Both the position numbers and the translations under genes were made by a program. From assembly GCF_001945605.1 (NCBI RefSeq), contig NZ_MPKA01000067.1, positions 30,001 through 62,000 on the forward strand: a DNA stretch of 32,000 nt, read 5' to 3'. The notes beneath the pieces are model-generated. The model was given only the letters and a program-made list of their open reading frames with translations, was not told where the DNA came from and searched no databases. Below are positions 25,328 through 32,000 of the stretch, piece after piece. This stretch comes from Dubosiella newyorkensis (GTDB taxonomy: Bacteria; Bacillota_I; Bacilli_A; Erysipelotrichales; Erysipelotrichaceae). Position 1 is the first letter of the stretch, and every line of letters starts with the position of its first letter.

Positions 25328-26629
25328 TTATCGTTCTTTTTGTCGATTTTTCACAGCCTCGAATCCACGTTCGAGATCTTGAAGAAGATCGTCGATATGC
25401 TCGGTCCCGATTGAGAGCCGGATCGTATTTGGCCGGATCCCTTGTTCGGCGAGCTCCTCTTTTGAAAGCTGCGAGTGGGTGGTCGAAGCAGGATGGATCA
25501 CTAAGCTTTTCACATCGGCCACGTTTGCAAGCAAAGAGAAGATCTCTAGCGCGTCGATGAATGCCCAAGCCTCCTCTTGGCCTCCACGAATATCAAAAGT
25601 AAAGATCGATCCGCCATCGTTCGGGAAATATTTCTCATATAATGCGTGGTCTGGATGGTCAGGAAGCGAAGGATGGTTGACTCGTTCGACAAGGGGATGT
25701 TTGCGTAAATATTCAACGACTTTTTTGGCGTTTTGAGCGTGGCGTTCTAAACGGAGCGAAAGCGTTTCGGTCCCCTGCAGCAATAAGAACGCGTTGAATG
25801 GTGAAATCGTCGCCCCCGTATCGCGCAAAAGGATCGCGCGAATATAAGTGACAAGCGCAGCAGGTCCTGCCGCTTCATAGAACGAGATTCCATGATAGCT
25901 TGGATTGGGCGCCGCGATATTCGGGTATTTATCGCTTTTGCTCCAATCAAATTTGCCTGAGTCGACGATCACTCCGCCTAATGTCGTTCCATGACCGCCT
26001 ATGAATTTTGTGGCCGAATGGACGACAATATCGGCGCCATACTCGATGGGCCGGATCCAGAAAGGGGTTCCAAATGTATTGTCGATCACTACGGGGATCC
26101 CGTGACGATGGGCGATTTGGGAAACAGCTTCGATGTCTGGAATATCGCTGTTGGGATTTCCGAGCGTTTCTAAAAAAATGGCGCGCGTGTCTTCTTGAAT
26201 AGCGGCTTCCAGCTCTTCAAGATCGTGCACATTGACAAAGGTCGTATCGATCCCATATTGAGGGAGCGTATGGGCCAGCAAATTATAGGTGCCTCCATAG
26301 ATCGTTTTTTGAGCGACGATATGACCTCCATTGGCTGCCAATGCTTGAAGCGTATAGGCGATCGCGGCCGCTCCTGAAGCAACGGCCAGCGCGGCGATCC
26401 CTCCTTCTAACGCGGCGATCCGCTTTTCAAAGACTTCTTGAGTGGAGTTGGTGAGGCGGCCATAAATATTGCCGGCGTCTGCCAATCCAAATCGGTCTGC
26501 CGCGTGCTGGCTATCATGAAATACATACGAGGTCGTTTGATAGATCGGTACGGCGCGCGCATCCGTCGCGGGATCGGCTTGTTCTTGTCCAACGTGCAGT
26601 TGTAATGTTTCAAATTTATAATCACTCAT
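25328..26629 (-). CDS. metY: O-acetylhomoserine (thiol)-lyase / sulfhydrylase, PLP-dependent
   Basis: MSDYKFETLQLHVGQEQADPATDARAVPIYQTTSYVF...SATKFIGGHGT (PLP-Lys). The start is placed at ATG 26629, which has GAAGGAGAA 7 nt upstream. The ORF-track N-terminal extension to 26773 crosses the predicted promoter. Confidence 0.88.
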   Translation of the reverse strand: MSDYKFETLQLHVGQEQADPATDARAVPIYQTTSYVFHDSQHAADRFGLADAGNIYGRLTNSTQEVFEKRIAALEGGIAALAVASGAAAIAYTLQALAANGGHIVAQKTIYGGTYNLLAHTLPQYGIDTTFVNVHDLEELEAAIQEDTRAIFLETLGNPNSDIPDIEAVSQIAHRHGIPVVIDNTFGTPFWIRPIEYGADIVVHSATKFIGGHGTTLGGVIVDSGKFDWSKSDKYPNIAAPNPSYHGISFYEAAGPAALVTYIRAILLRDTGATISPFNAFLLLQGTETLSLRLERHAQNAKKVVEYLRKHPLVERVNHPSLPDHPDHALYEKYFPNDGGSIFTFDIRGGQEEAWAFIDALEIFSLLANVADVKSLVIHPASTTHSQLSKEELAEQGIRPNTIRLSIGTEHIDDLLQDLERGFEAVKNRQKER

Positions 26630-26651
26630 TTTATTTCTCCTTCTTTCGTGT

Positions 26652-26741
26652 TTAATTGTTGATCGACTCCCAAACATAGGTCCGGGAGCAAAGCATTCGT
26701 TCACTAAAGAAGCATCGAGCAAAACAAAAATGCAAGCCCAT
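26652..26741 (-). other. Candidate upstream ORF / leader peptide (29 codons: MGLHFCFARCFFSERMLCSRTYVWESINN) in the metY 5' UTR
   Basis: AAAGGAGG lies 8 nt upstream of ATG 26741. The stop TAA at 26654-26652 is 22 nt before the metY ATG. The peptide has 3 Cys and 2 Met codons. No conservation evidence is available. Confidence 0.25.
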
Positions 26742-26773
26742 ATTTTCTTCCTCCTTTGGATTGAATTGGTCAT

Positions 26774-26801
26774 ATTATACTAGGAAGGAGGGTGGTTGTA
26801 A
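26774..26801 (-). promoter_or_regulatory. Candidate metY promoter TTACAA-N16-TATAAT
   Basis: Minus strand: TTACAA (26801-26796), 16-nt spacer, TATAAT (26779-26774). This predicts a 5' UTR of about 135 nt. Confidence 0.4.
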
Positions 26802-26812
26802 CTTTTTGGTTT

Positions 26813-26841
26813 TGATCATCGGTGATCAGAAAAATTGATCA
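26813..26841. promoter_or_regulatory. Three TGATCA hexamers. The outer pair forms ATC-N9-GAT (a T-N11-A LysR-type box) centred about 65 nt upstream of the predicted metY TSS
   Basis: TGATCA at 26813-18, 26823-28 and 26836-41. The dyad TGATCA-GAAAAAT-TGATCA overlaps the stop codon of the LysR gene. Confidence 0.3.
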
Positions 26842-27747
26842 TTCAATTTCGCGATATTGAAGCAATTCTTCGATATACGCTTTTCCATAGAGTGAAAACG
26901 TGCTTCTTTTGCGGGTGATATAGCCGATGATCAAAGGATCTTCTTCTATGAGCTTGATCGCGCTCAAGCCTTGTAGAGTGGCATCTTTTCTAGAAAGCAT
27001 ACCTGAACCGATCGAATACCCGCCTAGCTTCGCGATGATTTCCATCGATGTGGCTCGATCATCCGATTTGATCATCTTCTCAAACACATGATCGGCCATC
27101 GCCTCTTCGTTGAGATACAGGCTTCCTTCTACGCTTTGATCGAAACAAACATAAGGATAGGGCGCCATTTCTTCGATCGAGATTTCTTTACGTCCTGCCA
27201 AATCATGATCTTTCCATACATAAATATACGTTTCTCGCTGCATCGGTGGTGTAAAAAGCAAACCATATTCTCGAAACAGTTTTTTCATGAGCGCTTTGTT
27301 CGCGCTTGAATACGATACGATCCCGCCTTCGCTTTTGGAAGTTCGAACATCATCAAGCACCGCTTTCGTTTTTGTTTCATGGATCGAAAACACGAACTTT
27401 TGGGGATCAAATTTTTTGATCACGTTCGTAAACGCTTCGATGGCGAAGGTAAAATGCTGGGTCGAGACCGAAAAGCGTTCTCGCTCATCTTTTTTCGTTA
27501 AAAACCGATCTTCCAAGATTTCATATTGGCCGACGGCTTTTTTGGCGAAGTTGACAAAATCCCGCCCTTCCTTGCTCAAAGCGACTCCTTTATTCGTCCT
27601 TTCAAAGAGCAGGAATCCAAGCTCTTCTTCGAGTTCATGAACGCTGGAAGAAAGAGCGGGTTGAGAAATATAGAGTCGACTCGACGCTTCGCGCATCGAA
27701 TGACATTCGGCGATCTTCAAAACGTATTTAAGTTGATTGATATTCAT
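26839..27747 (-). CDS. LysR-family transcriptional regulator
   Basis: 302 aa. N-terminal wHTH MNINQLKYVLKIAECHSMREASSRLYISQPALSSSVHELEEELGFLLFER. Directly upstream of metY on the same strand. Confidence 0.85.
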   Translation of the reverse strand: MNINQLKYVLKIAECHSMREASSRLYISQPALSSSVHELEEELGFLLFERTNKGVALSKEGRDFVNFAKKAVGQYEILEDRFLTKKDERERFSVSTQHFTFAIEAFTNVIKKFDPQKFVFSIHETKTKAVLDDVRTSKSEGGIVSYSSANKALMKKLFREYGLLFTPPMQRETYIYVWKDHDLAGRKEISIEEMAPYPYVCFDQSVEGSLYLNEEAMADHVFEKMIKSDDRATSMEIIAKLGGYSIGSGMLSRKDATLQGLSAIKLIEEDPLIIGYITRKRSTFSLYGKAYIEELLQYREIE

Positions 27748-27773
27748 GCGAACACCTCTTTTTTTATTCTACC

Positions 27774-27799
27774 CAAAAAAAGCCCTCATCCAAGAGGAC
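27774..27799 (-). terminator. Terminator downstream of the PNPOx-like gene
   Basis: Minus strand: GTCCTC-TTGGAT-GAGGGC (one G-U pair) followed by T7. It begins 11 nt after the stop of the frame-restored ORF (27811). Confidence 0.55.
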
Positions 27800-27810
27800 T
27801 TCTTCATTCA

Positions 27811-28270
27811 TCATGACCTTTGTCTTTGTTTGCCTTCGATCTTTTCAACGGTAAACTTATAGACGGCTGTATTCAATACTACCCGGTCGATATACGTACT
27901 TCCTTCCACGAGTCGTTTTGGCGCGCAGCGTTCCAACAAAGCCATCAAGCCATTCTTTTTTTTCGTCTTCTTTTTCGACAAGCTCGATCTTTCCATGCGC
28001 GATCACGCTGGCGTAATCGGTCGAAAAAAGCTCAGGACGCAGCGTTTCATGATCAACGATGCAAAAACCAGCATTGGGGTTCGCTTGTACATATTCATAA
28101 CGCATTCCTTCTTGCGCGCCATGGAAATAAAAGCATCCATCTCGATATCCATAATTCATCGGAATCGAATACGGCTTTCCTTCCTGGCTCAGCGCTAGCG
28201 TTCCATACGTATTATTCAAGATCAGCGCTTCGATCGCCCCACGATCAAGAGCGCACTTTTCTTTCCGCAC
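27811..28270 (-). pseudogene. Pyridoxamine-5'-phosphate-oxidase-fold (Nim/Pyridox_ox_2-like) flavoprotein gene with a frameshift in an A8 run
   Basis: GTG start at 28270 with GGAGAA 5 nt upstream: (M)RKEKCALDRGAIEALI...YSIPMNYGY..FYFHGA. After A8 (T8 on plus, 27956-27963) the family-typical C-terminus continues in another frame (ORF 27811..27996): NGLMALLERCAPK...TAVYKFTVEKIEGK. Reading A7 instead of A8 joins the two frames. Confidence 0.7.
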
Positions 28271-28272
28271 GC

Positions 28273-29817
<1,545 letters not shown>

Positions 29818-29818
<1 letters not shown>

Positions 29819-30561
29819 TATTTTTCGATGATCTCGATCGCCTCCGCGATCGAAGAAACGATCCTTTGCGCCTTTTGTTGCACTGGTTCAGGCGCGTAAG
29901 GAAAACTAAAACTATGCTCGATTCCCTCGATCATCGGCAAATCGTTGTAGTTGTCCCCAATACAATACAAATCAGACTTGGAACATCCAAACGCCTGTGC
30001 CAGTGCCTCGATGCCTGTCGCCTTCGAATGCGGCCAAGCGACCACATCCACGAACGTACCATTTCGAAACGTGCTGCAGTTCACGTTTTTCGCATGGATC
30101 TTTTCTAAGATCGACTTCGCCTCTTCTTCGCTCTCTCTTTCGATCGACACTTGCAAGATCGGCTCATTGATCTGCTCGACAGAAGAGAGGATCACCGTCT
30201 TTTTGGCCACGTTTTTGGCCGCCCACGAATTCGGATCCGCAAAAAAGTGTTCCATGCCGACAACTACCATCCCTTGGATGTCCGCAATCTCGATCAATTG
30301 CTCCAAAACCATTTTCGAAAGCGTATCTTCAAACAACACTTCCTCTTTCGAGAGCGCCACGCTCGCTCCCGAAGAAGCGATCACAAAATCAAAATGCAGA
30401 TCGTTGGTCTGCAGATCCCATAAATTCCTCAAAGGTCTCCCCGAACACAATCCAAACTTATTTCCTTCCTTCTGAAACCTTTTGATCGCTTCTAGATCCT
30501 TTGGATGATAACCATCCTCAAAATGAAGCGTTCCATCGTAATCACTTGCCAAAATCTTCAT
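29818..30561 (-). CDS. Cof-type HAD-IIB sugar phosphatase
   Basis: MKILASDYDGTL (motif I), GLCSGRP, and GDNYNDLPM (motif IV). The start is placed at ATG 30561, which has AAGGAGG 5 nt upstream. Confidence 0.8.
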
Positions 30562-30612
30562 AACGTCCTCCTTGGTCCCCTTCCATTGTCCCACGCCTAC
30601 TCAAAAAGACAA

Positions 30613-30639
30613 GAAAAAAAGCTAGTCGATCGACTAGCT
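30613..30639 (-). terminator. Rho-independent terminator after the dehydrogenase gene
   Basis: Perfect 20-bp palindrome AGCTAGTCGATCGACTAGCT overlapping the TAG stop, followed by T7 on the minus strand. Confidence 0.85.
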
Positions 30640-31884
30640 AAAATGCTCCAACAACATTTTTTCGGCCTCGCTGGACCACAATCCTTTATTCGCTTTGCAT
30701 ACCGCATCCAATTCCTTAAAGAACGGATCGCTTTCTCCAAGCTTTCCAAAATCCTCGATCGCAGTCATCGGCATATTGATATGCGTGTAGACCAGCTTTT
30801 TTCCACCCGGGACATTTGGAAGATCCTTCGTCGTTTCAACGACCGAATCGAGTCCTCCAACATGCGTGATCATGACCGCCGAATTGATCAGACCCGCGTT
30901 GTTTTTGTCGATCGCCTCTTTCATATCATCGATCGTTCCACCGGTGCTGCCAATGATCTTGCTGCGCGAATAATGACAATCGTACAAATTGACGTTGGCA
31001 GAGAATTTAGGATCCGTCGGCCCCGCGAACAAATTCATGCATCCATCATAGGCCATGATCTGGTTACCGATCTCGCAAACCCCTTGATTCGGAATATACA
31101 CGAACACATCGTCGTAGCCTTTCCCTTCGCTCAGTTCCATAAGCCCTTTGACTTGGTCGTCCATTTTCGAAGTATTGACATAAATCAGCTCGACTCCATG
31201 TTCTTTCGCCTCTTCTTCCGAAATGACTTCCCGCGCCCGCTCGATCCTTTCATCGTTGATCTCCGTAACAACGATTCGCTTCGGCTTGTTTTCATACGTC
31301 AATCCATACGAGATCGCGCCTAGTCCCATCGGGCCGCATCCACCAAGAATGATTAGATTTCCATCTTTTTTCGTTCCCATGATGTGCTGATATCCTCCAG
31401 GCTTTGTATGATAATTCGTATGATAACCACCAATACAGCACGATACTGGCTCAGCCACCGAACTTGCGAAATAAGAATCGCCATCAAACGTCCAGACACA
31501 ACCAGCCTCTAAAATATCGTTTGGAAAAATACAATATTCTGTATCGCCCCCGCACCATTCATATGAATACCCTGGCGACTCCATTTGGCCAGGAATGGCG
31601 GGCTGCTGCGCGAACTTTTGGCCCGGCTTGAACGTGTCCTGCCACTTTTTCCCTACTTTCACGATATCTCCCGCAAATTCGTGACCGATGATGATCGGAT
31701 GCTCTTTGACATCGTTAGGCACACGCTTATGCTTTTCCCCTTGCTTGACCGTTTTCCAAGTCGACATGCAAATCGAATCGGAAACGACCTTGACTAAAAT
31801 TTCATCGTCCTTGATTTCAGGAAGCTCAAATGTATCGAGGCGAATATCATCCACCCCATATAAACGGACTGCTCTAGTTTTCAT
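30634..31884 (-). CDS. Zn-dependent MDR-family dehydrogenase, L-sorbose-1-phosphate reductase (SorE)-like
   Basis: 416 aa. ILVKVVSDSICMST, the GHEFAGDIV zinc motif, and a Rossmann segment LIILGGCGPMGLGA. The size and N-terminus resemble SorE-type reductases as I recall them. Confidence 0.7.
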   Translation of the reverse strand: MKTRAVRLYGVDDIRLDTFELPEIKDDEILVKVVSDSICMSTWKTVKQGEKHKRVPNDVKEHPIIIGHEFAGDIVKVGKKWQDTFKPGQKFAQQPAIPGQMESPGYSYEWCGGDTEYCIFPNDILEAGCVWTFDGDSYFASSVAEPVSCCIGGYHTNYHTKPGGYQHIMGTKKDGNLIILGGCGPMGLGAISYGLTYENKPKRIVVTEINDERIERAREVISEEEAKEHGVELIYVNTSKMDDQVKGLMELSEGKGYDDVFVYIPNQGVCEIGNQIMAYDGCMNLFAGPTDPKFSANVNLYDCHYSRSKIIGSTGGTIDDMKEAIDKNNAGLINSAVMITHVGGLDSVVETTKDLPNVPGGKKLVYTHINMPMTAIEDFGKLGESDPFFKELDAVCKANKGLWSSEAEKMLLEHFS

Positions 31885-31889
31885 TTCGA

Positions 31890-32000
31890 TTACCCTCTCA
31901 TTCTTTCTATTTGTACAAGATCCTTCAGATCTTCGATCACTTCAAGCCTCGCGGGCTGCGTGCCCTCAGTCGTGCAAGCGCCCGCGCTTGTTGCCATGCA
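31890..32000 (-). CDS. 3' end of an unidentified gene (continues beyond window end)
   Basis: Own translation of the minus strand: ...CMATSAGACTTEGTQPARLEVIEDLKDLVQIERMRG*. The stop TAA at 31892-31890 is 5 nt before the next ATG, which suggests an operon. Confidence 0.4.
   Translation of the reverse strand, partial: CMATSAGACTTEGTQPARLEVIEDLKDLVQIERMRG

Noticed and set aside
26630-26770. Looked for an S-box (SAM-I), SMK-box or T-box element upstream of metY.
   Set aside because: I could not find the conserved cores by eye: no T-box AGGGTGGTACCGCG-like sequence, no S-box GGTGGAGGGA...GCAACC pattern, and no terminator/antiterminator pair. The leader is also short for a T-box. A covariance-model scan is still needed.
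26630-26773. N-terminal extensions of ORF-track calls: metY to 26773, the AMMECR1 fusion to 15931, ftsH from 22659, the Cache protein to 19435, treB to 9738, and the HAD gene to 30594.
   Set aside because: Internal ATGs with good SDs match the family N-termini. The extensions cross predicted promoters or terminators, for example the terminator at 19382-19411.
31911-31925. Near-palindrome ATTTGTACAAGAT (core TTGTACAA), resembling the TreR operator, just upstream of the SorE-like gene.
   Set aside because: It lacks the central CG, so its half-site spacing differs from the tre operator. It lies inside the 3' end of the upstream coding sequence, it is a single occurrence, and it could be chance.

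Overview
The window looks like a chromosomal segment of a low-GC Gram-positive (Bacillota-like) organism. This is inferred from AGGAGG-type ribosome-binding sites, a PTS, FtsH, GntR/LysR regulators and rho-independent terminators. Most genes are on the minus strand.

Gene content, left to right:
- 1-5.9 kb: a visibly AT-richer island with an EcoR124-like Type I restriction-modification system in an unusual order (single-TRD hsdS-like gene, hsdR, hsdS, hsdM; hsdM runs off the left edge). Its near-consensus promoter is bracketed by a perfect 13-bp inverted repeat.
- A membrane-anchored CE4 polysaccharide deacetylase.
- A decayed trehalose PTS operon. treB has an internal deletion and frameshift, treB and treC are joined by a deletion, and treC has an in-frame amber codon. 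treR and its palindromic operators look intact.
- Three plus-strand genes sit between treR and treB: an AAA_14/DUF4143-type ATPase with a PD-(D/E)xK-like C-terminus preceded by a 3 x 23-bp tandem repeat, a PHP phosphatase, and a VOC/glyoxalase protein.
- A compact two-gene AmmeMemoRadiSam-type module (LigB/Memo-like + AMMECR1 fusion, then a radical SAM enzyme).
- Two orphan acidic proteins, a cytoplasmic GH13 alpha-amylase, a frameshifted Cache-domain membrane protein, an HD hydrolase, an ABC_ATPase-family protein, an esterase and ftsH.
- A flavin-reductase/rubredoxin fusion.
- metY (O-acetylhomoserine sulfhydrylase) with an upstream LysR regulator, a candidate LysR box and a Cys-containing uORF.
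- A homopolymer-frameshifted PNPOx/Nim-like gene, a GH1 6-phospho-beta-glucosidase, a Cof-type HAD phosphatase and a SorE-like Zn-dehydrogenase.

I recognised no rRNA, tRNA, CRISPR array, transposase or integrase.

Best candidates for something not yet understood:
- the AmmeMemoRadiSam module;
- the ATPase-nuclease gene with its iteron-like repeats;
- the extra half-hsdS together with the inverted-repeat-bracketed R-M promoter;
- a strong GATC over-representation everywhere except the R-M island.

All family assignments come from reading motifs by eye and need HMM/BLAST confirmation.
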